Notes: generated by a model not told the origin, from the sequence alone. DNA of 64,000 nt from Nitrospirota bacterium (GCA_963751455.1 CAVVUN010000001.1:512001-576000), one strand, 5' to 3'. Counted from the first letter of the stretch, positions 1 to 10,396 are shown. Made by a program: numbers and translations.

Positions 1-1160
1 AGACGCGAGAGATACAGCCGGATGTGCCGATCGAGCAGGTCTATCATGTTGTCCTTGTTTTTTATCGCCGCGATTTCAGCCTGGTCGCTCAGTTGAAAGA
101 CTTTGACCACATCGACCAGCATCTCCCTGACGATATCCGACTCCCTGAGCGCTTCCCGGGTCGCTTGGCCAAGGGCAAGGGCAGGCGTACCCAGCACGTG
201 TTCATCGAGGTACATCGGGCCGAATTTCTTCTCTTCGGCTTTTGCCGGCACCAGTTTAACGATCAGCTTGGAGAACAATCCGATGAAAGGGATGAAAACA
301 ATGGCCATGATGACGTTGAAGAGCGTGTGTGAATTCGCTATCTGTCTGGCGGAATCCGCTGCCGTATTGATCACCAGGGTGTGAAACGGCGTGACGAACG
401 GGAGGAAAAGTATGACGCCGAAGAACTTAAAAAAAAGGTGCGCCCAGGCAACCCGCCGCGCTTCAACCGGCGAGCGGAGGCTCGCGATAAACGCGGTCGA
501 GCAGGTGCCGATATTAGCGCCGAACATGATGAACATGGCCTCATGGATCGTGATCAGGCCGCTCTCCGCCAGCGCGATCGCGATCCCCATGGTCGCTGCG
601 CTGCTGTGGATCAGGGCGGTTATTACCGCCGAGACCACAATCGTTACGAACGGCGCCTGTCCAAGCGCCATGAACATCTGTTGCACAAGCGGGCTTCCCT
701 GTACCGGCACCATCGCATTCATCATGATCTTAACGGACAGGAATACGAAACCAAATCCCAGAATACCCTGGCCAAGGTTCTTTGTGACCGTTTTCCGCGT
801 AAAAAGAAAAAAAGACAGGCCGATGCCGATCAGGAGGAGGGCGTAGTCGTAGACATGGAACGCTATAAGCTGGACGGTAAGAGTGGCGCCGATATCCGCG
901 CCGAGGATGACCGCAAGCGTCTGGCGGAATGTCATCAGCCCGGCGCTCACGAAACCGACGAGCATCACCGAAGTCGCGCTGCTTGATTGAATAATCCCGG
1001 TTATAAACGCCCCGCCGCCTATCGCAGCAAGGCGGTTACTGGTAAGAGAACGGAGGAGCGACCGGATCTTCGGTCCGGCCGCGTTCTGAAGCCCGTCGTT
1101 CAGCAGGCTGAAGCCGTACAGGAGAAGAAGAATTCCGCCGAAAAGGCTGATGAAGATCAT
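1..1160 (-). CDS. Na/Pi cotransporter family protein (3' end runs off the window)
   Basis: Manual minus-strand translation from ATG at 1160: MIFISLFGGILLLLYGFSLLNDGLQNAAG...IIQSSSATSVMLVGFVSAGLMTFRQTLAVILGADIGAT, which carries the QSSS signature of the family; absent from the ORF track because it has no stop in the window. Confidence 0.85.
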   Translation of the reverse strand, partial: MIFISLFGGILLLLYGFSLLNDGLQNAAGPKIRSLLRSLTSNRLAAIGGGAFITGIIQSSSATSVMLVGFVSAGLMTFRQTLAVILGADIGATLTVQLIAFHVYDYALLLIGIGLSFFLFTRKTVTKNLGQGILGFGFVFLSVKIMMNAMVPVQGSPLVQQMFMALGQAPFVTIVVSAVITALIHSSAATMGIAIALAESGLITIHEAMFIMFGANIGTCSTAFIASLRSPVEARRVAWAHLFFKFFGVILFLPFVTPFHTLVINTAADSARQIANSHTLFNVIMAIVFIPFIGLFSKLIVKLVPAKAEEKKFGPMYLDEHVLGTPALALGQATREALRESDIVREMLVDVVKVFQLSDQAEIAAIKNKDNMIDLLDRHIRLYLSR

Positions 1161-1209
1161 GAAGTAACTATGCCTAATTTTTTGGTATTCGTCAAGGTAA
1201 TCTTCCCGG

Positions 1210-3825
1210 TTACCCCGTCTTTTTCCTGACGAACTCGATTTCCTCTTCTCGATTTTTGACCAGACCGTCCAGTTTCGCGTCCCGCAGTTCCGCAAGGAGC
1301 TTCCGGTAACGCGGTCCCGGCGGGATTCCCAGCTTTTTCAAATCGTCCCCGGTCAGCGTAACGGCAACTTCTCGAAGGTAGGTAAGATAATGAGAGACAT
1401 ATTTCTTGGCCGTTTCCTTCTTTGCCTTCGCCATCATGAGAAGAAGCGCTTCCGTTTCAAGCGGTGCTAGCAGATCGTAGATCCGGCTTGCCGGCAGACG
1501 CGGTTCCCTGTAGAAAAGATAGAGCACGTCGCGGTAATGCGCGCGGGCTTTTCGGATGCGGTCTCTCACTCTGGGCGGGACAGCCAGTCGTTCGAGCACT
1601 TCTTCGACGTCCGGTTGCCTCAATACATCGACAAGACCGAGAACATGGATGAACCAGCGTTCTATCTTCAGGTCCAGGTAAAGAAGCTTGAACCACGTAA
1701 GCGTCTCCCCGATATTCTCGAACAGGTGCTCCTGTTCCGGCGTGGCCTTCAGTTTCGGATGGATAAACTTCAGGAGATCGAAGTCCTGCATTCTCTTCAA
1801 TATCCTGGCCGGTTCGGCCTCGGAGAACATGAGAACAAGCTCTGCATAAATTCGTCCGCCGGTCAGCCTGTCGAAGAGCTTCATGTTCACTGCGCTTTTT
1901 ATGAGATTCTGCGTATGCTTGCTCATGTGAAAATCGAACCGCTGCTCAAAGCGGATGGCGCGCAGGATCCGGGTCGGATCTTCTACAAAGGAAAGGCTGT
2001 GCAGCACGCGAATAGTCTTCTCCTTGATATCGCGGAGGCCGCCGAAGAAGTCTATGAGTTCGCCGTAGCGCTTCTCATTAAGGCGGACTGCGAGCGTATT
2101 GATCGTAAAGTCGCGGCGGTACAGGTCTTTCTTGATCGATGAAAGCTCGACGGTCGGCAGCGCTGCCGGGGACGCGTAATACTCGAGCCGTGCCGTGGCA
2201 ATGTCTATCTTCAAGCCGTCAGGCAGAACAATGACAGCGGTTCCGAACTTCTGGTGCGTCTTCATGCGGCCGCCGGTTTTTCTGAGCAACATGCCGGCAA
2301 AGGTGATACCGTCCCCTTCGACGACAATGTCGACATCGAGGTTCGCTACCCGCAGGAACAGATCGCGTACGATCCCGCCGACAAGGTATACAGGAAAACC
2401 CGCTTCATTCGCCGCCTGTCCGATTGTTTTGAGAACATCCGTTACTGCCGGCGGCAGCCATTCGTGGATCAGGTTTTTAACGTTACGCCCGAAGCGAAGT
2501 CCGAATTCATCGGATTTCGTAACGTCGGCCAGCCGCTCTTCATGCAGCGACCGGAGCAGGTCAGTGCGCGTAATAGCGCCGACCAGCAGACCGTCGGGGT
2601 CAAGGACCGGCAGAAAGCGCTGGTGCTGTTCAATCATGATCTGTTCCACCCTGCTCATCGGCATATCGGGCTGTGCGGAAGGCAGGCCAACGGACATGAA
2701 CTCCTCGACCTTTTGGCTGCCCAGCCCGTGAGCGAGCGCCTTTTGCACTATCTCGCGCGTAATAATGCCCTCGTACTTTCCCCTGTTCAGGACCGGCAGC
2801 ACGTTAATGCTGAAGCGCGTCATCGCCTCGCCTGCTTCGGCGATTGTGCTGCCCGCCGGGATCGTCTTCACGGGCGTAGTCATGATTTCGCGGACAACAG
2901 GTCCCGGCTTGATGTGGCGCTTCAGAATGTCGATCAACTGCTCCCTGGTTTGAAGATAGGTCATATCCCTGACGACTCCGGCCGCCGCCGTTGCATGGCC
3001 GCCGCCGCCCAGTTCCGCCAGCACAGAGCCGGCATTGACCGCGGGTATCCTGGACCGGGCTATGACGTGGGTCTTGTCTCCCATTTGTACAACCAGAAAG
3101 ACGACGTCGAGACTCTCTACGTCCCTTAACTTATGGGCGAGATTGGCGAGATCAGGGATAAAATGAGGCGATGCAAGCGCCGAAATCACTACGGGAACAC
3201 CGTTGATATCGTAGCTCGTTGCCGATTCGATCAGGCTGTTCAAAATTGATATCTGCTCCGGGGACAGCTCCCGCGACATGAAGTCTGAAACTATATTCAG
3301 CACGGCGCCGAGGGATATAAGGTATGCCGCGGCTTGGGCGTCGCGCTCCGTGGTCGATATGTATGTAAGCGAACCGGTTTCCTCGTAAATCCCGAGAGCG
3401 AATATCGTGGCCTCGAGCGGGCTAATGGGTATTCCCTTCTTCCGGAGCAGCTCCACCATGATCGTGGTCGTTGCTCCCACCTCCTCCACGACTTCCAGCT
3501 CTCCTCTGACGTCCCCCTCCGAAGCCGGATGGTGATCGTAGACGTGAACCGTTACACCGGGCCGCTTCAGCGCTTCCGAAAGCTTTCCGAGCCGGGCAGG
3601 GTTGCGGTTGTCGACGATGATCAGCCTTGTGATGGCAGCGACATCCACGTTCTTCAGCCGCTCGACTTCCATTGCATAAAAGGCCGATTCGAGAAAGAAA
3701 TCCCGCATGCTCTTTTCCTGCGAGCCGGGGAACACGAGTTTGGCTTCAGGGTAGAGTTTTTTAGCTGCGAGCATCGACGCCAGAGCGTCGAAATCCGCGT
3801 TAGTATGACTGGTGATGACTTCCAT
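1210..3825 (-). CDS. DHH/DHHA1-CBS-CBS-poly(A) polymerase family tRNA nucleotidyltransferase (probably A-adding type)
   Basis: N-terminal HTNADFD/DHH/GGGH motifs, CBS pair, GGIVRD..DVD, RRDFTIN and EDPTR motifs. Confidence 0.88.
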   Translation of the reverse strand: MEVITSHTNADFDALASMLAAKKLYPEAKLVFPGSQEKSMRDFFLESAFYAMEVERLKNVDVAAITRLIIVDNRNPARLGKLSEALKRPGVTVHVYDHHPASEGDVRGELEVVEEVGATTTIMVELLRKKGIPISPLEATIFALGIYEETGSLTYISTTERDAQAAAYLISLGAVLNIVSDFMSRELSPEQISILNSLIESATSYDINGVPVVISALASPHFIPDLANLAHKLRDVESLDVVFLVVQMGDKTHVIARSRIPAVNAGSVLAELGGGGHATAAAGVVRDMTYLQTREQLIDILKRHIKPGPVVREIMTTPVKTIPAGSTIAEAGEAMTRFSINVLPVLNRGKYEGIITREIVQKALAHGLGSQKVEEFMSVGLPSAQPDMPMSRVEQIMIEQHQRFLPVLDPDGLLVGAITRTDLLRSLHEERLADVTKSDEFGLRFGRNVKNLIHEWLPPAVTDVLKTIGQAANEAGFPVYLVGGIVRDLFLRVANLDVDIVVEGDGITFAGMLLRKTGGRMKTHQKFGTAVIVLPDGLKIDIATARLEYYASPAALPTVELSSIKKDLYRRDFTINTLAVRLNEKRYGELIDFFGGLRDIKEKTIRVLHSLSFVEDPTRILRAIRFEQRFDFHMSKHTQNLIKSAVNMKLFDRLTGGRIYAELVLMFSEAEPARILKRMQDFDLLKFIHPKLKATPEQEHLFENIGETLTWFKLLYLDLKIERWFIHVLGLVDVLRQPDVEEVLERLAVPPRVRDRIRKARAHYRDVLYLFYREPRLPASRIYDLLAPLETEALLLMMAKAKKETAKKYVSHYLTYLREVAVTLTGDDLKKLGIPPGPRYRKLLAELRDAKLDGLVKNREEEIEFVRKKTG

Positions 3826-3835
3826 TGTTTAAACA

Positions 3836-3907
3836 GGCAGAGCGCATAGCGCAAAGGGCATAGCGTTAAGCCATCTACTCCCTACGCTCTGCGCCATGCG
3901 CTTTGCC
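3836..3907. repeat. Heptamer-based inverted repeat (GCGCATA/GCGCAAA/GGGCATA ... complement)
   Basis: Seen directly; a related copy lies at 19414-19490. Confidence 0.6.
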
Positions 3908-4789
3908 CTACCCTCTCGGATGATACTTCTCGTGGATCTGCCTGAGCCGCTCGCGCGATACGTGCGTATAGATCTGCGTTGTCGAGATATCGGAATGGCC
4001 AAGCATAGCCTGCACTGCCCGCAGGTCAGCCCCATTGTCCAGCAGATGCGTAGCGAAAGAGTGACGCAGGGTGTGCGGCGATATATTTTTTTCAATGCCC
4101 GCCCGTGTCGCGCATTGTTTGATCCTCTCCCAGAACATCTGCCGCGTCAGGCCCCTTCGCTGGGAACTGATAAACAGCATTTCGGAATCTTTTCCTTTGA
4201 GCAGGCCCGGCCGGGCCCGGCTGAGATATTCCCGGACCACCTCTATTGCCGCCTCTCCAATCGGAACTGCGCGCTCCTTGGATCCTTTTCCCAGAACGAT
4301 AAGAAAACCACGTTCAAGATTGATGTCCCCTATCTTCAGCCCTACCAGTTCGCTTACCCGAAGGCCGGTTGCGTAGAGCACTTCGAGCATTGCCTTGTCG
4401 CGCAGCCCGAGCACGGTTGAGGTATCGGGCTGTTCAAGGAGCGCTTCGACATCCGCCGAGGACAGGCTTTTCGGCAGCCTTTTCCATCCGCGCGGCGTCT
4501 CGACATTCACAGTCGGGTCCGTTTTCGCAAGACTGTCGATCAGCAGATATTTGTGCAATCCTCTGATTGCCGCCAGATTTCGCGCCGAGGAACGCGGAGA
4601 AAGCCCAGCCGCCGAAAGACCGGCAAGGAATGAAACCACGTCCTGATGGCTGATTTCATCCGGCTGTTTTGTTTTCATATGGTGGAAGTACCTGCTGAGG
4701 TCGCGTTCATACGACCGCACGGAATTGGCCGCAAGTCCCTTCTCAACGGAAAGGAAATTCAAAAATCTCTGAAGGAGATCGTCATCCAT
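3908..4789 (-). CDS. xerD: Site-specific tyrosine recombinase XerD
   Basis: LPKSLS, YATGLRVSEL, GKGSKER, SPHTLRHSFATHLL, LGHSDISTTQIYTHV, HPR C-terminus. Confidence 0.92.
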   Translation of the reverse strand: MDDDLLQRFLNFLSVEKGLAANSVRSYERDLSRYFHHMKTKQPDEISHQDVVSFLAGLSAAGLSPRSSARNLAAIRGLHKYLLIDSLAKTDPTVNVETPRGWKRLPKSLSSADVEALLEQPDTSTVLGLRDKAMLEVLYATGLRVSELVGLKIGDINLERGFLIVLGKGSKERAVPIGEAAIEVVREYLSRARPGLLKGKDSEMLFISSQRRGLTRQMFWERIKQCATRAGIEKNISPHTLRHSFATHLLDNGADLRAVQAMLGHSDISTTQIYTHVSRERLRQIHEKYHPRG

Positions 4790-4820
4790 ATTTAATATAA
4801 CTTTGAAATGCGCCGCGTTT

Positions 4821-4916
4821 CGTCATTTCGAGCAGAAGCGAGAAATCCATGAATTGACGCGCCGTGGTATCCCGGTGGCGGACCTTTAAAGATTTCTCCC
4901 GCTGGTCGAAATGACA
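4821..4916. repeat. CGTC/TGTC-type REP-like palindromic element
   Basis: GTCATTTCGAGC..GAGAAATC ... GATTTCTC..GGTCGAAATGAC; second copy at 60764-60832. Confidence 0.75.
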
Positions 4917-5026
4917 AAAAAACTCTTTACTAACTTGATTGTAAGTGAATGTTATTGAAAATGCAAGTGATGGGAAGAAATTGGATGGCTGGTTTAACGT
5001 AACTGCCAAGAATGGAAAAACCATTC

Positions 5027-5127
5027 TCACACGAAGGCACAAAGCACACAAAGAAGATCAAAAGTAAGTTAACTTTGTTTAAACATAAGAATCAAAGCTT
5101 TTCTTCGTGTCTTCGTGTCTTTGTGTG
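5027..5127. repeat. Nonamer-triplet inverted repeat element
   Basis: CACACGAAGGCACAAAGCACACAAAG ... CTTCGTGTCTTCGTGTCTTTGTGTG. Confidence 0.65.
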
Positions 5128-5157
5128 AACATGAATGTTATGTCTTTGTTTCTCGTC

Positions 5158-6534
5158 TCATTCAATCCCGAACCGTTTCATTCTTCTTTTAAACGTCTCG
5201 CGGGTCATTTTGAGCAATTGTGCGGCCTTATCGTGATTGCTGCCCGACATTTCAAGCGCTTTTCTAATCAGCGCATGCTCCACCTGCTCAAGAGAAATTC
5301 CGGTTTCCGGGATGACAAATCCTTCGAGGGAGGCCGGTTTCACGGGATCCACACTCAGGGACGTTCCGTCCAGGATGTCCTGTGACAGGTGTTCCGGAAG
5401 AATTTCAGATTCGATATCCAGTATCATGGCCCGTTCAATCACATTTTTCAGCTGTCGCACGTTTCCCGGCCAGGAATAGGAAGCAAGAACCCTCTCCGCT
5501 TCCTTTGATATCGCCTTCACGTTCTTGTGGCATTCGCGATTAAAGTGGTCCATGAAATGTCTTGCCAGCGGAAGAATATCCTCTTCCCGCTCTCGAAGCG
5601 GCGGCATGGTGATCGGCACTACCTGGAGCCGGTAATAAAGGTCTTTTCTGAACCGACCCTCGTTCATGGCTTTCGACAGTTCCTGGTTGGTCGCAGAGAT
5701 GATCCGTACATCGACCCTGATGTCCTTTACGCCCCCGACGCGTTTAAAGCTTTTCTCCTCGATCAGACGAAGCAGCTTGGCCTGCATGTTCAGGGGCATG
5801 TCGCCGATCTCGTCAAGGAACACGCTGCCGCCGTTGGCGAGTTCGAAAAGTCCCTTCTTTGCGGTCTTTGCGTCCGTAAACGCGCCTTTTTCATGCCCCA
5901 TCAGTTCGCTTTCAAGCAGGTTGATCGGGACTGCAGCGCAGTTGATCGCCATGAACGGTTTATCGGACCTGGCGCTGGAGTAATGAAGCGCCTTGGCAAC
6001 CAGTTCCTTGCCTGTTCCGCTCTCTCCCTGGATGAGTACGGTCGCGGTATCGCTTTCGGCCAGTTTCCGCACCAGCTCCTTTACCTTGATCATTTGGGCG
6101 GAATCGCCGAGGAGCGAATCCGGTTTTCCCCGGGACTCCTGCCGCAGGTGCTTCACGTGGCTGCGAAGAGCTCCCGTTTCGAGCGCTTTTTTTATGATAA
6201 AGCTGATTTCATCCAGGTTGAACGGTTTGCTGATATAATCGTAAGCTCCCAGTTTCATCGCCTTTACGGCCGTTTCGACCAGTCCGTAGGCCGTAACGAT
6301 GATGACCATGAGGCCGTTCTCGCGGACCTTCAGCTTTTCGAGCAAGTCAAGTCCCGTCATGTCCGGAAGACGATTGTCGAGGAGGACCAAATCAGGAATT
6401 TCCCCGGCAATGAGTTCGAGTCCCTTCTCGGCGGATTCCGCTGTGGCCACGTCGTACCCTTCTTTCATGAGGTGCTGTTCAAGGGTCCAGCGGATCAGTT
6501 TCTCATCATCGATCACGAGGATCTTCCGGGTCAC
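5158..6534 (-). CDS. Sigma54-dependent response regulator (NtrC/ZraR family)
   Basis: Receiver domain, GESGTGKE, GAFTDA, WPGNVRQL, C-terminal Fis-type HTH. Confidence 0.92.
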   Translation of the reverse strand: MTRKILVIDDEKLIRWTLEQHLMKEGYDVATAESAEKGLELIAGEIPDLVLLDNRLPDMTGLDLLEKLKVRENGLMVIIVTAYGLVETAVKAMKLGAYDYISKPFNLDEISFIIKKALETGALRSHVKHLRQESRGKPDSLLGDSAQMIKVKELVRKLAESDTATVLIQGESGTGKELVAKALHYSSARSDKPFMAINCAAVPINLLESELMGHEKGAFTDAKTAKKGLFELANGGSVFLDEIGDMPLNMQAKLLRLIEEKSFKRVGGVKDIRVDVRIISATNQELSKAMNEGRFRKDLYYRLQVVPITMPPLREREEDILPLARHFMDHFNRECHKNVKAISKEAERVLASYSWPGNVRQLKNVIERAMILDIESEILPEHLSQDILDGTSLSVDPVKPASLEGFVIPETGISLEQVEHALIRKALEMSGSNHDKAAQLLKMTRETFKRRMKRFGIE

Positions 6535-8021
6535 GCTTGAGCTCCCCGTATAACCAGGATGTCGGGACAGGGCAGGCTGATCGTAAAACAGGCGCCTTGC
6601 CCCTCGTCGCTGGTAACGCTTATTTCTCCGTTATGCTGTTCTACGATGCGCCGGGTAATGGCGAGCCCCAATCCGGTACCGCGTTGTCTTGTGGTAAAAA
6701 AGGGATTAAAGATCTTTTCCATATCTTCCCGTGAAATGCCTTTCCCTGTATCGCTGAACGAGATATCGAGCGTTCGGCCGTCTTCTCCATTTTTGGTCGT
6801 TTTTGTCTCGATCGTCAATTTCCCTCCGTCCTGCATGGCCTGTATGGCGTTCAACACAATATTGATAAGGCCCTGCTGGATCAGATTGGGATCGAGCGTC
6901 AGCGATGGAAGGCCGGGGGTCAGTTTTCGCTCGACCAGAATGGAGTGTTTCGCAAACTGCGTCGACAGGAAGTCGAGAAGCTTTCCGGTCACGTCGTTGA
7001 TGTCTACCAGAGTCAACTTGGGTTCCGGGGGCCGCGCAAAGGACAACAGGTTCCGAACTGCCTTATCCATCCGTTCGACCTGCGCCAGGGCTTCCTCCAG
7101 CACAGCCCTTTTCCGGCTGTCCGAAGGCATATCCTTTTTCATCAGCTGAATAACGCCCGCAATTCCTGTAAGCGGATTCTTTATCTCGTGCGCGATGCCT
7201 GCGGCCATCTCACCGATCGAGGCAAGCCGGTCCGCCCGGCTCATTTGCTCATAATGATACCGCTCCTCCCGCTTGCGGGCCTGTTCCAGCCTTGACAGAA
7301 GAGAGTTGAACGCCAGTCCCAGCAACCCTATATCATCGGAGCTCTTTACGTTGACGCGGGCTTCAAGCCCCTGCTCTGCCCGCTCCATCGTCGTAATCAA
7401 CGCTCGGATGGGATTTGTCACGAAATGCGTCAGGAACAGGGAAAGGGATATGGCAAGCACGGCCGTTATTCCGAAGGCCCAGAGGACCATGGTCTTGGTC
7501 AGATTCCCGAGTTTTTGCCGGGTCTGGGCCATGGAAACGTTCACGGAGAGTATACCGTTCAATTTTATCTTCGAACTGTGACAACGAAAGCAGCGCGCTT
7601 CATTTTCTATGGGGAATAGGACCGAAAATATTCCTTCGTCCCTGCGTTTGATCGGCGTTTTGAAGATGTTGGAACGGAACCACTTCCCGGTGGGCTCGTC
7701 TATTTTCGTTCCTATCATCCATGGTTTCGAGGACTTCAGGATGGTTCCGTCCGGGCTGAAAATCTTCACCTCCCGGATATTATGGTAGCCTCCGACGGCC
7801 ATGAGGATGTCCTGCACCTCCTTGCTCTTGCCGTTGAGCATGGCATCGGAAAGACTTCTTTCTATGGTGTTGGAAATAATAAGAACGTTGTCTTCGAGCG
7901 CCTCTTCCATCTGCAGGCGCTGATGCCCGATGTTGAGCCATGTGCCTAAGCCGATGGTTACCGCCAGGATGGCGGAAACCGATATGATGATCTTGCTTCT
8001 GAGACTCGAAACGATTTTCAA
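6531..8021 (-). CDS. HAMP sensor histidine kinase with a periplasmic CxxCH motif
   Basis: Two TM segments, CFRCH, HAMP, AHEIKNPL H-box, N/G1/F/G2 boxes. Confidence 0.9.
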   Translation of the reverse strand: MKIVSSLRSKIIISVSAILAVTIGLGTWLNIGHQRLQMEEALEDNVLIISNTIERSLSDAMLNGKSKEVQDILMAVGGYHNIREVKIFSPDGTILKSSKPWMIGTKIDEPTGKWFRSNIFKTPIKRRDEGIFSVLFPIENEARCFRCHSSKIKLNGILSVNVSMAQTRQKLGNLTKTMVLWAFGITAVLAISLSLFLTHFVTNPIRALITTMERAEQGLEARVNVKSSDDIGLLGLAFNSLLSRLEQARKREERYHYEQMSRADRLASIGEMAAGIAHEIKNPLTGIAGVIQLMKKDMPSDSRKRAVLEEALAQVERMDKAVRNLLSFARPPEPKLTLVDINDVTGKLLDFLSTQFAKHSILVERKLTPGLPSLTLDPNLIQQGLINIVLNAIQAMQDGGKLTIETKTTKNGEDGRTLDISFSDTGKGISREDMEKIFNPFFTTRQRGTGLGLAITRRIVEQHNGEISVTSDEGQGACFTISLPCPDILVIRGAQA

Positions 8022-8953
8022 CCCGTAATCACCCTGCCGATAAGGCTTTTGATATCGTGTACGTTCTGCTCAACCATGATGCGCTCCATGTCCTGCAGAA
8101 CATCAAGCGTCGCGTGTGGGTTCACAAAATTGGCAGTTCCTACCGCCACAGCGGAGGCGCCGGCCAGAATGAACTCGACAGCGTCTTCCCCGGTCATGAT
8201 TCCCCCCATCCCGATTATGGGGAGAGATACCGCCTTCGCTGCCTGCCATACCATGCGGACCGCGACCGGTCTGATCGCGGGGCCTGACAGTCCGCCGGTG
8301 CAGTTAGCCAGCCTCGGCCGCCTGCAGCGAACATCGATCGCCATGCCGAGAAGAGTATTTATGAGGGAAAGGCCGTCGCATCCCGCTTCCTGCGCAACTT
8401 TTGCAAATTCGGCAATATCGGTGACATTCGGGGAAAGTTTAGCAATGACAGGCAATTTAGTTTTTTTGCGGACTGCCGACAGGAGTTCGAAACACGCTGT
8501 CCGGTTCGTTCCGAATACGATGCCGCCGGCTTTTACATTCGGGCAGGAAATGTTTACCTCGAGGGCGGCGACTCCCGGTACGCCGTCAAGCCTCTCTGTT
8601 ACCCCCACGTAATCTTCAAGACTGTAGCCGAAGATGTTCACGATCACAGCAGTATCGAACTTTCTCAGAAAAGGAAGTTTCTCGTTCAGGAAAACATCTA
8701 CTCCGGGATTTTCGAGTCCGATCGCGTTCAGCATTCCTGAAGGGGTTTCCCAGATCCTGGGCGGAGGATTCCCCTTGATCGGCTTGAGAGAAATTCCCTT
8801 GACGATGACGCCGCCGAGCTTGTTCAGGTCCACGAACTCCGCGTACTCTTCGCCGTAGCCGAAGGTGCCGGACGCAGTGAGGACCGGGTTCTTCAGCTTA
8901 ATGCCGGCGAAATCTATGGAGAGGTCAACCTCTGGTCTTCTCTTATTCGGCAT
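8018..8953 (-). CDS. pyrD: Dihydroorotate dehydrogenase B, catalytic subunit
   Basis: ASGTFG, NAIGLENPG, NISCPN, KLSPN, GGLSGPAI. Confidence 0.95.
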   Translation of the reverse strand: MPNKRRPEVDLSIDFAGIKLKNPVLTASGTFGYGEEYAEFVDLNKLGGVIVKGISLKPIKGNPPPRIWETPSGMLNAIGLENPGVDVFLNEKLPFLRKFDTAVIVNIFGYSLEDYVGVTERLDGVPGVAALEVNISCPNVKAGGIVFGTNRTACFELLSAVRKKTKLPVIAKLSPNVTDIAEFAKVAQEAGCDGLSLINTLLGMAIDVRCRRPRLANCTGGLSGPAIRPVAVRMVWQAAKAVSLPIIGMGGIMTGEDAVEFILAGASAVAVGTANFVNPHATLDVLQDMERIMVEQNVHDIKSLIGRVITG

Positions 8954-9099
8954 AATAATAGTTGCAAAAGGTCACGGTTACGAGGCTCGTTTCGTTGTTC
9001 GGTTATGTTGTTCCTGCAGTTTCTATACGTTATTGTTGGACGCTATACGATACGGGCGTCGTCACCACTAGACGAATGACGATCTTTCCCGTTCAAACA

Positions 9100-9948
9100 T
9101 CACTTTTTCACATGCAGAACCGGCAATACCACCCGCTCGCTCCAATCAACATCCCTTGAATCGAACACCGGTCCTTCCTTGCATGCCCGTTTATAACCGC
9201 CCGCCTTCATCGGTATTGAGCAGCCCATGCACGCGCCAAGGCCGCACGCCATGCGCTCCTCCATGGAGACGTAACACGGAATGGCATGATCAAGCGCCAG
9301 TTTACTGACGGCGGCAAGCATTGCATGGGGCCCGCACGCGTAGATCACGAGATGGGCCTTGTTCTCCATCTTCGTAAGGAAAGCGTCCAGTATGTCCGTG
9401 GACATTCCCCGGGTGCCCGCGCTTCCATCCTCGGTCGCGATATGAACTTTAAAGGTATTTTCCCGGAAACTTTTTATTATACTGCTCGGCGGAAGGCATT
9501 CCTTATTTTTCGATCCTGCAAACAGATGGGCTCTCGGGCCTGCGCGTTCAGCGAGAAAATGAAGCGGAGGAAATCCGCTGCCGCCTGCAACAAGTATGGG
9601 CGTCGTGCCCTTGTCCGGAACGGGGAACCCCTGTCCCAGCGGGCCGAGCAGACCGAGGCTGTGTCCGGCTTCCACACCGGAGAGCAGCGCCGTGCCCCTG
9701 CCTGCAACGCGGTAGAATATTTCTATTGTCGATCTGGTTGGAACCGAGGAAACGCCGAAAGGCCGCGCGAGGAGCGGGTCTCTGTTTTCGGAAACCCGCA
9801 GCATTACGAATTGACCCGGAAGCGCTGCGGCAGCTGCTTCCGGTGCTTTCAGTACGAGGCGATGGTAACCCCTTCCAGCGGATTCATGCAGAACAATCTT
9901 TGCCGAGTGCAACCTATTCGACGGCAATCTGGATCTCCTGGATCTCAT
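9100..9948 (-). CDS. pyrK: Dihydroorotate dehydrogenase electron transfer subunit
   Basis: PGQFVML, RPF, CGP, MACGLGACMGC..CKEGPVF [2Fe-2S] motif; start uncertain because it overlaps greA. Confidence 0.9.
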   Translation of the reverse strand: MRSRRSRLPSNRLHSAKIVLHESAGRGYHRLVLKAPEAAAAALPGQFVMLRVSENRDPLLARPFGVSSVPTRSTIEIFYRVAGRGTALLSGVEAGHSLGLLGPLGQGFPVPDKGTTPILVAGGSGFPPLHFLAERAGPRAHLFAGSKNKECLPPSSIIKSFRENTFKVHIATEDGSAGTRGMSTDILDAFLTKMENKAHLVIYACGPHAMLAAVSKLALDHAIPCYVSMEERMACGLGACMGCSIPMKAGGYKRACKEGPVFDSRDVDWSERVVLPVLHVKK

Positions 9949-10396
9949 ACTCCACGGTTTTTGCAGGCGTCTTAACGGGCACGATATCGCCGACCTTATG
10001 GCCTATGAGCGCCTTGCCCACGGGGGATTGTATGGAAATTTTCCCCTTCTTGAAATCCGCCTCTTCCTGGCCGACCAGCATGTATTTCTTAATGTCGCCC
10101 GAATCAGTGTCCGCAAGCGTCACGGTCGCCCCAAATACCACTTTCTCGTTCGAAAGTTTGGACACGTCGATGATTTGCGCATGGGCGAGTTTGTGCTCGA
10201 GTTCCCGCTTCTTGGCATCGAGATGGCCCTGCCGCTCCTTGGCCGCATGATACTCGGCGTTTTCGGAAAGGTCGCCGTGCGCGCGCGCTTCTTCGATGTC
10301 CCTGATGTTCTTTCCCCGTTCGACTTTGATGATCTTGTCGAGCTCCTGCTTGAGCTTCTCATAGCCTTCTTTGGTCATTGGAATCTTCTGCGTCAT
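9914..10396 (-). CDS. greA: Transcription elongation factor GreA
   Basis: HGDLSENAEYHAAKE, ISIQSPVGKALIG. Confidence 0.95.
   Translation of the reverse strand: MTQKIPMTKEGYEKLKQELDKIIKVERGKNIRDIEEARAHGDLSENAEYHAAKERQGHLDAKKRELEHKLAHAQIIDVSKLSNEKVVFGATVTLADTDSGDIKKYMLVGQEEADFKKGKISIQSPVGKALIGHKVGDIVPVKTPAKTVEYEIQEIQIAVE

Noticed and set aside
3908-4789. Tyrosine recombinase as a prophage or island integrase
   Set aside because: Typical XerD length and motifs in a housekeeping context
4782-5051. 89-aa ORF upstream of xerD
   Set aside because: Mostly a translation of the REP-like element; no protein features
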